In this document: piece after piece, positions 36,026 through 48,700 of the stretch
Numbering within the stretch: position 1 is the stretch's first letter
How the letters are laid out: each line of letters opens with the position of its first letter
Assembly: GCF_902713615.1 (NCBI RefSeq)
Contig: NC_052157.1
Coordinates: 33,847,203 to 33,911,202 of the forward strand
Direction of reading: 5' to 3'
DNA from: Scyliorhinus canicula
Taxonomy: Eukaryota
DNA: 64,000 nt
Translations under genes and position numbers: made by a program
Notes under the pieces: generated by a model
The model's input: only the letters and a program-made list of their open reading frames with translations
What the model was told of the DNA's origin: nothing
Databases searched by the model: none

Positions 36026-37374
36026 TGTGATGAATGTCGAAAACTTTTGGGCGGAATTCTCCGCTCCCCACACGGCATGGGAGAATCGCAGGAGGGCCTC
36101 CTGACATTTCTTACGCCCCCCTCTGGCGCCCCCGCGATTCTCCCCCCCCGCCTTGGAAAAATCGCCGCTCGCCGTTTTTCACGCCCGTTTCACCACGGCA
36201 GCAACCACACCTGGTCGCTGCATTCGTGAAACGGACACTGGATGCCCGTTTGGGGCATCTAGGGGCCCGATTGGGACAGGAGCACCACGACTGTGCTCCG
36301 GAGGGGACAGGCCCGCGATCGGTGCCCACCGATTGTCAGGCCTGCGTCTAAAACGGACGCACTCTTTCCCCTCCGCCGCCCGGCAAGATTAAGCCGCCAC
36401 GTCTTGCCGGACGGCGGTGGAGAAAGACGGCACCGCGCATGCGCGGGTTCGCGTCGTCTGCGCGCTGATGTCATCCGCGCATGCGCGGATGATATCCGTG
36501 AAGCGCCGTTCGGGCGTCATTACCGGCGGCCGAGGTTGCGGCCGGGAACGATGGGGGCCTGCTCCTAGCCCCCCAGGTGGGGGTGAATTAGGTGCGGGGA
36601 GCGGGCCCTGAGGTCGTCGTGAACCTCGGCCTCCGCGATTTTTGGAACCGGCGGAGAATACTGCCCTTTATATATTGTATCATATATCTGATGCAATAAT
36701 ATTTTTTAAAATCCTGGTTTATGTAATTAAAGTATCGCAAAAGTGAGGTAATCATTCATTCCAACCATGCACTTGTTTACCTATATAAGGGTTCATGAAA
36801 TATTGCGTGTTTTTGTATTTTCCCTGGGGTGTAGATAATTAAAGGGATTGTGTTTAGACTTTGGTAAGCTGGTCATGGGACCTCTGAGTGGGATAGAGAT
36901 GATGTAATGAAAGGGAGGAGCCAGGTCTGTAGCAAGCAGTTTAGCTGTAGGATTTTTTAGTCTGACAAAGACAGAAGGATTTCTAGGTGGTACCTGAAAG
37001 GGCCGCTCCTTTTCTGAAAGGAAATCTCTACACAATAGTACAGCAAGTATCGCTGTGTTTGCTAACTTCATTTACAAATGGGTGTTGACTTTTGCTTAAT
37101 TGGAGATAGAAAGAATGTAAATTCGTAGTTAAAGTATTTATTTTTAATTTAAGAATTGTTTAACTGTTAATTGTAAAGTTATTTCTGTGATGTCAATGTG
37201 TTTAATTCCTTGTAAATGATAAAGTGTGTTTCAATATGAAAAATCCCTTTTGGTTATTGGGATTACTCCTTGGGGTGAAGTATTATTTTCTAACAGTCTT
37301 ACAAATTGAAAAATTGTTGGGGTTTCTTGTTCAGTTTCCTAAAATAAATTGGGGTCTTGTCCGGTACCCTAACA
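36026..37374 (+). mobile_element. Solo LTR inserted in the Harbinger transposase gene
   Basis: TGTGATG...TAACA ends; flanks TGTC/CATC are consistent with a CpG-decayed CGTC TSD. Confidence 0.6.
36049..36666. mobile_element. Harbinger-type MITE inside the solo LTR
   Basis: TIR GGGCGGAATTCTCCG / CGGAGAATACTGCCC; TSD TTT. Confidence 0.88.
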
Positions 37375-40077
37375 CATCCAAGGCTGAAGATATAACCTCT
37401 GTTGCCTTTCTGTGCTTTGTTGCTCACTTCTGCACTCATGCCCAGGATTCTGCATCTGCTGTTGAAGATGTTGCTCCCTATTACTACTTGTCCCTAACTC
37501 AGATCTCACCTTGCTTGCCTTCAACTTGACTGTCAAGGCTCTCTGAACTTTCTCCAGTCTCACGACTCTCCCAAATGCCCCAGCACACGCTGCCCAAATG
37601 CCCAGGGCACGCTGCTCACATGATGGCAGCTGCGCCAATGCATTAGTGCCTCAGTTAACCTCACCACTTTTATGCTGCTGTATGATCATTGCACATGGCC
37701 AGGCGTCATTGCCGTCACCTCCACATGGATGTGCTTGACTCCCTTCATGGTTCCCGTGTCTCCTGCCAAAAATTGCTAACTGGTCCTTTGCAAGCCGATA
37801 ACTAGCTCCTTCACATGATCAATCACTCATTCTCCTTATTTGAGCAGGTTGCCATGGTTTTGCATCCCGATTCAGTTTCCAAAATCATTAGCGAGTCGAG
37901 CAAACATGCTGTTTAGTGATGCAAAATTATGGGCGCCCCCATCTCCCTTCCTGCCCCTACCCCGCATTGAAAATTCAACCCTTGCGATAAACGGAGATAA
38001 ATGGATAACTACACAACGTATTTACAAGAGCTGCCAGAATGTAGAAGTGGCCGAGGAAGTCCTGTCACTTCCTAGTGAATTCCAAAAAAATCTCAGCACT
38101 CTGTCTGATCTCTGAAGCCATTTATAATAAAGTTCAGAATGAACTTCCTTCCTCCCACGAGGGGATAAGTCAGGTTTGTAATGCATAGAAAATTATAGGG
38201 TGTGTGGAGATTAAATAAAGTCTCTACAATTTTGCACCGATGAAAGATCTAAAAAAGCAAAGTGGGAGAAGCAAATAAGGGAAAAATGAAAAGAGATCTT
38301 GTTCTTGCCTTCCCCCAATAGTAGGTATCCTTTTCCTTAAGTCAGATTCTCTCAATCCACATTGGAATCGTTTTTTAACAAAGCATTATTTTTCGCTAGG
38401 CAATCTTATGGAGCAAAAATTAACGAGTGACCACAGAAAATAACCTTATCATGATACAGCTGTAATAACATGCCTATCACATCTCAAACAGCTGAGCAGC
38501 CAATTAACTGGTGGATGTGGTCTAACAATTGCCAGGAATGTCATTCTCTGAAACTGTAACTCCCCGATGCTTTCAACTCTACATGAATAGCTGAAGGAAT
38601 TCTAAGAGACAGACACTCTCGAGATCGTTATCTCCAAGAATAAATATCTCGTATGTGGGAGATGTCAAATGCTTGTGTTACCCAATTATGGTTTATACTT
38701 TCACTAATAATTGAGACTCGCGCTGCTCCATATTGATTCTTAGTTTGGCCCAGTGAAGCCCTCTTCCCCGAAACATAGCTCACAGTGACTGGAATGTCGT
38801 TCATTTGGTTCCCAACCTCACCCTGTTCCTTTACTCCTTTATCGTTTTGAAAGCAGTAAATCCTAGCTATTGATAAGCATAGATACTGTTTTATGTCGAC
38901 CTAGTCATGACATTTCCAATCAGCTTGTAAATCCCAGTCTTAAAACCTATCCCTCGGGTGGAATAATTGGCTACTGCTTCTACTACTTGTTGAACACAAG
39001 TTTCTGCTGTAGTATTTTTCCTGCAAAAGATAATGTTGCATCATGCAATGGGTAAAAACATTAACAGTTTAATTGTTTCCATATTTTCTTCCACAAACCT
39101 ATATCTTCCACATATTAATTAAAGACGTTTGCGTAAGAAGATCATTTAGCTCCCACTGTCTGTGTCAGCTTGTTGCTAGAATTGTCTCGGAATCTTGAGC
39201 CAGCGACAGTGAAGGATCAGCAATATACGTCCATCTCAAGATGATGTGTGACTTGGAAGTGAAGGGCCAACTGCACTCTGGCATCAAGAAAGAGCAATAG
39301 GCTGAAACCAACCTCCTTTTACTGTCGACAGTGTGGTGATTGTGTATCAGAGTAGATGCAATTCAACTGAGCAAGCACTAGAGGGAGCACGGGAGAGCAA
39401 TAAATACAGAGGGACAGGAAGTGAGGACACACTTCACAGAAGGGGGACTTGGCAGCAGGACAGACAGGCAGGCAGCATTTGAGGTAGCTGTAAGTTAAGC
39501 TCTGAAGACAGAACAAATTCATAATAAAGCATCTTCTCCAACTTTGAGACTACGAGCTTAATTAAGACCCAAGGAACAACACATGGTACCAAGGAGTAAC
39601 TTCAGATGCTTACTACAAGCCAACTCAGCTGCAGACACAGAAAGACCAAAATGGCAAGAAGAACTCCAACCGGGCATTGGACTTGGGAAGACCTCGCTTA
39701 TTCGATGATGTGGGTTGGAACCCCACCTCAGCTGGACCTAACCGGTAATGAATGTAATGTCTGGAAAAGATTTAAACAAGTGTTCGATATATATACCGTA
39801 GCTAATGATTTAGCAGCAGCCTCAGACAAAATGAAAATAGCACTGCTCATCGCAGGACATGAAGCTAGAAAAGTATATAATGGATTTAAATACTCGAAAG
39901 CTGAAGACAGTAACAACTTACAAATAATACTAAAAAAATTTGAAGAGTACTGTTTGAAATTTGAACAGCACTGTATGCTCAGAGGCCAAACTGCACAGAG
40001 ACTGAGTGATGCAAAACTCAAACAATCACTATCAGAACAGAAAGGGTTCAGTCTAGAAATCGCGAGTGAAAAGTACA

Positions 40078-40305
40078 GATCAAAAGGAAGAATGAATTTT
40101 TCACAGAGACAAAACGCTGAGGTCCAGTTCTGATCAAAAGGAAAAAGTAACATGAACTTCTCACAGAGACAAAACGGTGAAATCCAGTTGAGATCAAAAG
40201 GAAGAAGTAACTTGAATTTTTCACAAAGACAAAATGCTGAAATCCAGTCCAGATCGAAAGGAGAAGGTAACTTACACTTTTTAAAAAAAAACTCTGAAAT
40301 CCGCT
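40078..40305 (+). repeat. 60-bp in-frame tandem repeat, about 4 copies (RSKGRSNLNFSQRQNAEIQS)
   Basis: GATCAAAAGGAA... units start at 40078, 40132, 40192 and 40252. Confidence 0.92.
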
Positions 40306-40366
40306 GTAAAATGGCGTTGGAGCACAATTTATAGTCTCTGGGGGACAAAGAACAAAAATCTACATC

Positions 40367-40603
40367 TGCGCATGCGCAGGCAACGCAGGCCGCACATGCG
40401 CAGTTTAAAAAAGTTCTTGTTGCTGATCGTTATGCGCATGCGCACACCGTGCATGCGCAGTCTAAAAAAGTTTTGGTTGCGGATCGTTATGCACATGCGC
40501 AAGCTGCGCATGCGCAGTGGACACAAAACCGCACAGTAAAGGAAGGCCGATTTGTGCATGCGCAATCGATTCCTACGCATGACGTCACGAGCGTCATGAC
40601 GTC
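40367..40603. promoter_or_regulatory. Cluster of 7 NRF1-like GCGCATGCGCA palindromes plus a CRE (TGACGTCA)
   Basis: Motifs at about 40368, 40391, 40434, 40449, 40491, 40506 and 40554; TGACGTCA at 40580; function untested. Confidence 0.5.
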
Positions 40604-42887
40604 TGAGGATCCGAACCACGCCCACTTAAAAGGGAAATGCCCGAAAATTGAAAACAAGATACTTAAAGCTGTAAAACCAAATTTTCTTGCCTCAGAAGAC
40701 AGAAAAACGCCTGAACTTAAACCAGCAGTTGAAAATAACTCTCACAACACCCTGGAAAAAGCAGCCTGCTCCACCCAAAGTGATGAGAACAAAAAAAAAA
40801 TCCGAAACTAAAAAAGATGATTTGTTTTTCGAACAATACTATTCCGACATGGCTGAGTTATTCGGATATGCAAAAAAATGATGAAGACAACGATACCAAA
40901 TCCACATCAGCGACACGGTCGCAAAGCTCAACACGAATCTACTCGTGGTAGATGAATCGAACACCATGGTGCCATGGCAGATCGTCGATACATTGGATGA
41001 CAGCAATACCCAAGAAGAAGACGACGCCACACAGAGAGCACAGAAAGACTCCACAGAGAGAGCGATGACAGGCTCCACAGTGAGAGTGATGAAAGACTCC
41101 ACAAAGAGAGTGATGCGAGCCTCCACAGACAGCTCATTAAAAGACTCCAAAATGGAAGCTAGCAAACACTCCCTGGCGAATACCATGCATGAACAAGACC
41201 ATGAAGGTCAACCCGCCGTTTCTGAGCAACTGCAAGCAGACTATGAAAGTCTACCAAACTCACATAAACAAGAACACGACAATGTAAATCTACCCACTGC
41301 ATGCGAAAACAGTGACAATGTGATCACACTCGACATACAGGAGGTGGAGGATCACAGAGAGACTGACAGTTCTCAGCTCGTCTGTACAGAAGCACAGAGT
41401 AGGGCCACCCAAGAGTCCAGAGAGACCACGTCAATAGAAATCATAAGGATTTTGACTCCAGAAGAGGAGCACCAAGGAAGCAAGGAAGAGGAAGCAAATC
41501 CACCACAAATGACTGATGTCACCAGCATCAATGCAACATCAGATCATTCTCACCATTCTCTAGACGAAACGTTCAATGTAACAGACACCACAAAGGAAAC
41601 TCGCACCAATAACTATGACATTGACTCAAATTATCCACACAGGACACTCATTGAGCACAACAAGAAAAACAAAAGCCACAAGAAACACATCAGAAATTAG
41701 AACAACAACAGCAAGAACAAAAGCAACATGAAGCACGATAAGAACAACAAAAATTGCAAGAAGCACTGCAGAAACAAGAACAACAACAGCAACAACAAAA
41801 ACTACAAGCACAGCGACAAAACTACAAGAAGAACAACAAAACCAACAAGAAGCATAACAAAGATAGCGACAACAACAAAGACAAAAACGACAAAAACAGC
41901 AACAAGAATGACAACGAAAACAACAAAGACAGGAACGACAGAAACAACAACAATGAAACAACGACTTGTACAAAATGGTACAACTCTGCACATGAAGGAC
42001 AATGCCACAGCACACTGCAAAACAATGACAAGACTACAAACATGCCATGGGATGACAACGAATTGCACAAACTCACATCTGCTCCAGAACAAGCAAGCAC
42101 ACGAGCTTTCAAGGCAGATGACATACTAAATCGATATCACAAGCACAGAAAAAAGTCCATGTCAGTCAACATCAGTGGTTCGACCATGCAAACACCATGG
42201 GATGACTTATTGGTTACTTAAAATAACAAGAACACCGACAACATTCACAACGGAGTTTCAATATCAATATCACTACGTCAACAACAAAAAAGAAAAAACT
42301 CAGTGAACAAATTAATCAAGTTTGGACTCATAAATGTTTTTATTAAGATTGGACTCATAAATTTAAATTGGCTTTGTAAAATATGCAATAGCACCATCAC
42401 TTGTATAGATACACATATCATAAGTAATCTAACTGTTTTGTACAATTTTCTTTAACGATATACAGAAAATATGTAAAGAAAAAAGGGGGGATGTGGTGAT
42501 TGTGTATCAGTGTAGATGCAATACAACTGAGCAAGCACTAGAGGGAGCACGGGAGAGCTATAAATACAGAGGGACAGGAAGTTAGGACACACTTCACAGA
42601 AGGGGGACTTGGCAGCAGGACAGACAGGCAGGCAGCATTTGAGGTAGCTGTAAGTTAAGCTCTGAAGACAGAACAAATTCACAATAAAGCAACTTTGAGA
42701 CTACGAGCTTTATTAAGACACAAGGAACAACACAGACAGTGTGTTATTACTGATTTCCCAGTTGGCAAGGCTCTTGTGTATCTTCACTCAATTGCTTTTA
42801 ATTCTGTTTGTTTTTAGTCAACTTTACCTCAAACGTCGTGTCACTATTAATCCTGTATCAGTGCAGACTTTTTTATTCTGGATCTGT

Positions 42888-43614
42888 GGGCGCGATTCTC
42901 CCAAAACGGGAGAAATCGTAAAGCTGGCGTAAAACCCGGGCGGGTTTTACGGCAGCGCGCCCCTTCCCGACCGGGGACCGATTCTGGTCCCCGGTCGGGG
43001 CTAGCAGCCCGACGCCGTAGGCTCCGGCAAGACGGGCTTAACGAAAATCGTTAAGCCCGCTTGCCGGAGTTAGCGCCGGCTGACGCGTCATATGACGTCA
43101 GCCGCGCATGCGCAGTTTGGAAGACTCCAACCCGCGCATGCGCGGGTGATGTCATCGCGTTTTTGCGCGAAACCCGCGCATGCGCGGGCCGGGTTGCCCC
43201 TCAGCCGCCCCGCGAATGGATACTGCGGGGCGGCGGAAGGACAAGTAGTGCGCGGGCATCGGGCCCGCTGCCCGCGATCGGTGCCCATCGATCGCGGGCC
43301 CATGGCACCCTTGGCACGGCCGTGGTACGGCCGTGCCAATCGGTGCCATGGTTATTAATAGCGAGTTAGTCACGCCGTTTTTACGAACGGCAAGACCAGG
43401 TGTGTTTGCCGTTCGTAAAAACGGCGTAAAAGGCTGGGACTTCGGCCCATCTAACAGCTGAGAATCGCTGCCGGCCGTAAAAAAACGGCGGCAGCGATTC
43501 GGGTCGGGACTTCGGCGGGGGGGGGGGGGGGAGAATAGCGGGAGGGCGGCAAAAATGTCGGGAAGGCCCTCCCGCTATTCTCCCACCCGTCGTGGGGGGC
43601 GGAGAATTTTGCCC
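42888..43614. mobile_element. Young Harbinger-type MITE built from multiple hairpins
   Basis: TIR GGGCGCGATTCTCC / GGAGAATTTTGCCC; TSD TGT; CpG-rich. Confidence 0.9.
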
Positions 43615-43794
43615 TGTGTCTTTAATTCATTCCATTCTCTCACCAACCTTCAAGCTTTGTATACCCAGCCTGGGATTTTTCCAGTAACAGTGAATTCTTC
43701 AGTTCCCCTGAATGCGTTCGGTGATCAATACTTCAGAACTATTTCAACAAGTCCAATGTAGGCTAGTACATGGTTTGGTGTCTCAAGAGTCCTA

Positions 43795-44325
43795 GTCCAA
43801 TAAATCACAATGTACAAGGCACAAGTCAGGAGTGTGATGGAATACTCTCCACTTGACTGGGTGAGTGCCGCTCCAACAACACTTGAGAAGCTCAACACCA
43901 CCCAGGACAAAGCAGCCTCGCTTGATCGGCACCCCATCCACCACCTTAAGCGTTCACATCCCCCACCATTGGTGCAAGGTGGCAGCAGTGTGTGCCATTT
44001 ACAAAATGTACAACAGCAACGTGCCACGCTCCTTCAACGGCACCTTCAGAACTTGCGAGCCAAGGGCAGCAGGTGCATGGGAACACCACCATCAGCAAGA
44101 TCAGCTCCAAAGTACCCATTATCCTGACTTGGAACTATTATTCCTTCACCATCGCTGGATCAACATCATGGGCCTCCCTCCTTCGCAACACTGCGGGTGT
44201 TCCAATGCAAAAGCAATTTTTAAAGGCAGCTCACCACCACCTTCTCAAGGGCAGTTAGGGCTGGACAATGACCACTGGGCTTGCCAATGACACTCACATG
44301 CCGTGAACAAATTTTTAAAAAAACA
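43795..44325 (+). mobile_element. CR1-like LINE 3' end
   Basis: YKAQVRSVMEYSPLDWVSAAPTTLEKLNTTQDKAA. Confidence 0.85.
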
Positions 44326-45761
44326 TACAGTGAACTATCGCAATCTCTTGCAAATTTCTTCCATTGTTTGCTCTGAAAATGCTAGAATTGTTATCTGCAG
44401 TCCAGATTGTACCTCTCCAAGCAGGAATGCTGCAAGTATCGATGGAGACATAGAACAATGTTTATCATGTCAAACATGTTGCTGTTCAACAAAATCTTGG
44501 ATTTGAAAGACAAAAGTTTTTCCACATTAGAGACTGGCTCTGGAAAAAAGGAATGATTTCATTATTAAATGTTGTTCATACCCCTACATGTATTCCATTT
44601 ACGTTCTGTTAGCATTCAATAGCAGCACACAAAGCAGAATGGCAGAGGTGGGGTGTGAAATCTAATAAGTAGAGGATCTGATTTAATGTTTCAAGAAAAA
44701 TGAGTTGGCTCTTATTTTTTTTTTGCATTGAAAAGCAAACAGCAAATATGGTAACTGTGGACGTTTGTGTAGAAAATACACATTTTCAAATGTTGGCATG
44801 ATCTGAATACAGCAAAGCACTGTTTACAATGGTACATCTCCTTGTTTATTTTTAATTAAGGTGGCAAGCAACATGGGACAGTAATTTATATTGCTTAGGT
44901 TCGAGGTCCATATTAATGGGCTGGAGCATACGTGCCTCTGTTTGCTAATCCACAGACTGTCCACATCACATGTTGTATTCAGGTTAATTTTAATATTGTT
45001 TGGGGGTGGGGGGGTTCCTGGCAACATTCTTGCCCCTCCAGCCCACCAACATTGGGGGCAGAAGGGTAATGGCTGACGCATTCCTGGGGTTACACTATTT
45101 TGCGACAGGCTTAAATCCCTCTTCCACCGCTGAACGTCAGCTGCAAACTCCTCAGATATTTTTTCACTTTTACACTCAATGAACCAGTTTTGAAGATTAC
45201 GCTTTGCAAGAACCAGCAGAGAAAGTTGGGGGCTTTTCGAGTTGAGAGTCATCCTCCACTTTACTGCAATCTTGGCTAGATACGATAGAGCATGTTCATT
45301 CTTCATGGAACTGCACAAGCTGAAAACAAAGATTTGCGATGGAGAATTTAAGGTGTAAAGTTTTGCAATCCTCGATGATACACCTATTCCCTTTCCAAAA
45401 TGTGCTATCAGTGCAGAATCCCCCTTCGGGTACCTTAAGGTGTGCTGCAAAGTCTATACAATTTCTATTTTATTAGCAAATTCCATCGGACAAGAAGATT
45501 GCAGCTTTCAGAAGGTATGCATAATTTTAATGCTTGCCGGAGTAAATAAGTTTCAGAGAGACAGTGGAGTAACAGGATAAAAATCAAAAATACAGCTATT
45601 TATTGGAGCTACCAAATCAATGCTGTTGATATTGGCTAATTCGAGTGTGCAATTGATTTGGCCGAAAAAGGGATTGAAGGGTATGAAAAATTAATTGAAG
45701 TATGATACTGCACTCTTGCTTGAGACATTGTAATCGCCTCTTCAAGTTTTGGATGTATTTC

Positions 45762-48700
45762 TTCTTTACCCGCTGGGTCTTACCCGCCCTAACAAACCCA
45801 TAGATCACATCATTCACCCTCTTAAAGAAAGCCTGAGGGATAAAAATAAGCAGCCACTGAAATACGAACAAAAACCTTGGGAGAACTGTCGTCTTTACCG
45901 TCTGCACCCTCCCCGCCAGTGACAACGGGAGCATATCCCACTTTCTAAAGTCCTCCTTCATTTGCTCCACGAACCGAGCCAAATTCAGTTTGAGTAGCTG
46001 CTCCCACTCCCACGCCACCTGGATACCCAAATACTGAAAGCTCCCTCCCACTACCTTGAACAGAAGCCCCTCCAACCTGCTCTCTTGAATCGCAAAGACC
46101 TCGCTCTTGCCCATATTCAATTTGTACCCCGAAAAACAGCCGAATTCCCCCAGGATCCCCATAGTCTCTCCAATCCCCCCAGCGGGTCATAAATATACAA
46201 AAGTAGGTCGACTGTGTATAATGAGACACTATGCTCCAACTTCCGCCCCCCCCGAACTATCCCCTGCCAGTCCCTTGATGCTCTCAACGCCATCGCCAGT
46301 GGCTCTATAGCCAAGGCAAACAGCAGTTGGGAGAGAGGACATCTCAAACTCGTCCCCCAGTGCAGCCTAAAATAATCCGAGTTCACTCGGTTCATCCGCA
46401 CGCTCGCCACCGGTGCCTGGTACAGCAACCAGCCCCAGTCCACAAAACCCTGCCCAAACCCAAACCGCCCCAGGACCTCCCATAAGTACTCCCACTCCAC
46501 ACGATCAAAGGCCTTCTCCGCTTTATGGGGACCACCACCTCAGAAGGCATCATAATCACATTTAACAGCCTTCTAATGTTTGCCATTAAATGCTTCCCCG
46601 TCATAAATCCAGTCTGGCCCTCCCCTATCATTCCTGGCACACAATCCTTTATTCTCGAGGCTAAGATCTTGGTCAGTTGTCATCTACATTTAGAAGGGAG
46701 ATTGGCCTGTATGACCCGCATTGCTCCGGGTCCTTATCCCGCTTCAGAATGTGAGAAATTGAGGCCTGTGACATCATCAGGGGAGCACCCCTTGCTCCGT
46801 AGCCTCATTAAACGGCCTTACCAGCTGGGTCCCCAGCACTCCTGAAAACGTTTTATAAAATTCCACTTGGCATCCATCCGACTCCGGGGCCTTGCCCGAC
46901 TGCATTGCCTCCAGCCCTCCACCATTTCAAACAGCCCAATTGGGGCCCCGATGCCCTCCGCCAGCTCTTCCTCCCCCCTCAGAAACTCCAAAACCTCCAA
47001 AAACTGCCTCAGCCCCTCCACCTTGGCTGGGGATTCATAAAAGTCCCAAAACACCCCGTTCACCGGGTCCACGATCGTATTCCTCCCTCTGTCCTTCACG
47101 TTCCCAATCTCACTCACCGCCTCCCATTTCCTTGGTGTGATTGCATCCTGCTAGCCTTCTCCCCATATTCATGCGCCGCCCCTCTCGCCTTTCTCAATTT
47201 CCCCACCGCCTTCCCTGTAGATAGCAACCCAAACTCCTTCTGCAGATTCTGCCACTCCTTCAACAGCCCCGCCTTGGGGCCTCCGAGTACCTCCTGTCTA
47301 CCTGGAGAATCTCCCTCACTAATCTATCCATCTCCGCCTGCTCCACCATCTCCCTGTGTGCCCGTCTCGAGATAAACTCCCCTCTCACCACTGCCTTCAA
47401 CGCCTCCCATACTGTTGCTGCCGAAACCTTCCCCATATCATTTACCTCCACATATCTCCAAATGTCCTCCCTCACCCGCACACATACCTCCTCCTTCGCT
47501 AATAGCCCTACATCTAACCTCCAGGTGGGCCCTGCCCCCCCCCCCCCCCCCCCCCCCCCCACCCTTACTCACCAGTAAGTCCGCCCAGTGAGGGCCATGA
47601 TCTGACACTACTATCGCTGAGTACTCAACTCCCACGCCAACAACGTCCTGTCCATAATGAAAAAATCAATTCGGAGTACACTTTGTGCACATGGGGAAAA
47701 AAAGATTTCTCTTTCGCTCTCAGCCGATCAAACCTCCACGGATCTAACCCCCAATTTGTTCCATAAATCCCTTTAGTTCCTTCGCAACCGCCAGTACCCT
47801 CCCAGTCCTCGAACGTGACCCACTCAGCCTTGGATCTATAACCCTATTAAAGTTCCCCTCCCCATAATCAGTCGATGCGAGTCCAGATCAGGGATCTTCC
47901 CCAACACCCGCCTCATGAACTCTACGTTGTCCCAGTTCGGTGCATAAATGTTCACCAGCACCACCGGCATCCCAACCACCCCCCCCCCCCCCCCCCCCCA
48001 CCCCCCCGAACTTCCCGCTCACCATAACGCAGGGGTGGGCAAACTTTTCCGTGCAAGGGCCACATTCAGAAATTCACAATTTTAAAGGGCCGCATAGTAT
48101 ATTAATTAATAGTCCCAGCTGTAACCAATTAGCGTGCGGCATATACCTCAGCGCTTCCCCCGGCGGCATCCTGCCTTTAGCCCTCTTTCTCTACTTTTCA
48201 AAAATGGCGCTTCACCCGGTTATGATTCTGGGCGCCTCATATAGAACATAGAACAGTACAGCACAGAACAGGCCCTTCGGCCCTCGATGTTGTGCCGAGC
48301 AATGATCACCCTACTCAAGTCAACGTATCCACCCTATACCAGTAACCCAACAGCCCCCCCCCCCCAATTAACCTTATTAAAATAAAAAAAATTAAAAAAA
48401 AAAATTTTTTTTATTTTTTTTATTTTTTTTATGACTTGATCTTGGTGGGCCGCATAAAAACCTTTGGCGGGCCATATGCGGCCCGCGGGCCGTAGTTTGC
48501 CCACCCCTGCCATAACGTATATTCCCCCTGAGTCCGCCACTATACTTCCCTCTTCGAACGCCACCTGCTTATTAATCAGAATCGCCACCCCCTATGTTTT
48601 GGAATCTAACCCTGAATGGAATACCTGCCCTACCCACCCTTCCTCAGCCTAGTTTGATCCTCCACCCTCAGGTGTGTCTCCTGTATCATTACTGTGTCTG

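Larger units (their letters stand above)
33284..37981. mobile_element. Decayed full-length PIF/Harbinger transposon (Myb on +, transposase on -) with nested insertions
   Basis: TSD TTG/TTG; imperfect TIR GGGCAGGATCTTCATT / ATTGAAAATTCAACCC; WDNCRKQFND at about 33477; transposase motifs. Confidence 0.75.
39606..42221 (+). pseudogene. Gag capsid N-terminus fused to a repetitive low-complexity tail (a few stops and frameshifts)
   Basis: PPQLDLTGNECNVWKRFKQVFDIY..KIALL..ILKKFEEYC matches the neighbouring Gypsy Gag; ORFs at 39606/40152/40449 share one frame and 40687/40945/41728 share another. Confidence 0.75.
39332..42734 (+). mobile_element. Non-autonomous Gypsy-type LTR element with a gag-fusion ORF and no pol
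   Basis: LTRs 39332-39583 and 42492-42734 (about 7 substitutions plus one 9-bp indel); TSD GACAG; PBS TGGTACCA at 39584; PPT AAAAGGGGGGA. Confidence 0.95.

Noticed and set aside
40078-40305. Regularly spaced repeats resembling a CRISPR array
   Set aside because: Contiguous tandem units with no unique spacers, eukaryotic context, no cas genes
41626-42124. Cys/Val/Leu-rich hydrophobic minus-strand ORFs (env- or metallothionein-like)
   Set aside because: Antisense shadow of the AAC/AAG low-complexity tract
44824-45450. 208-aa minus-strand ORF in apparently unique DNA
   Set aside because: TTG start, no domain I recognise, weak splice signals, and it runs through probable decayed repeat. Not supportable as a CDS without homology or RNA data.
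45762-45800. Idea that L1 45762-50400 and L1 3963-6017 are two halves of one element
   Set aside because: Both contain the same RT segment with different sequences, so they are separate copies
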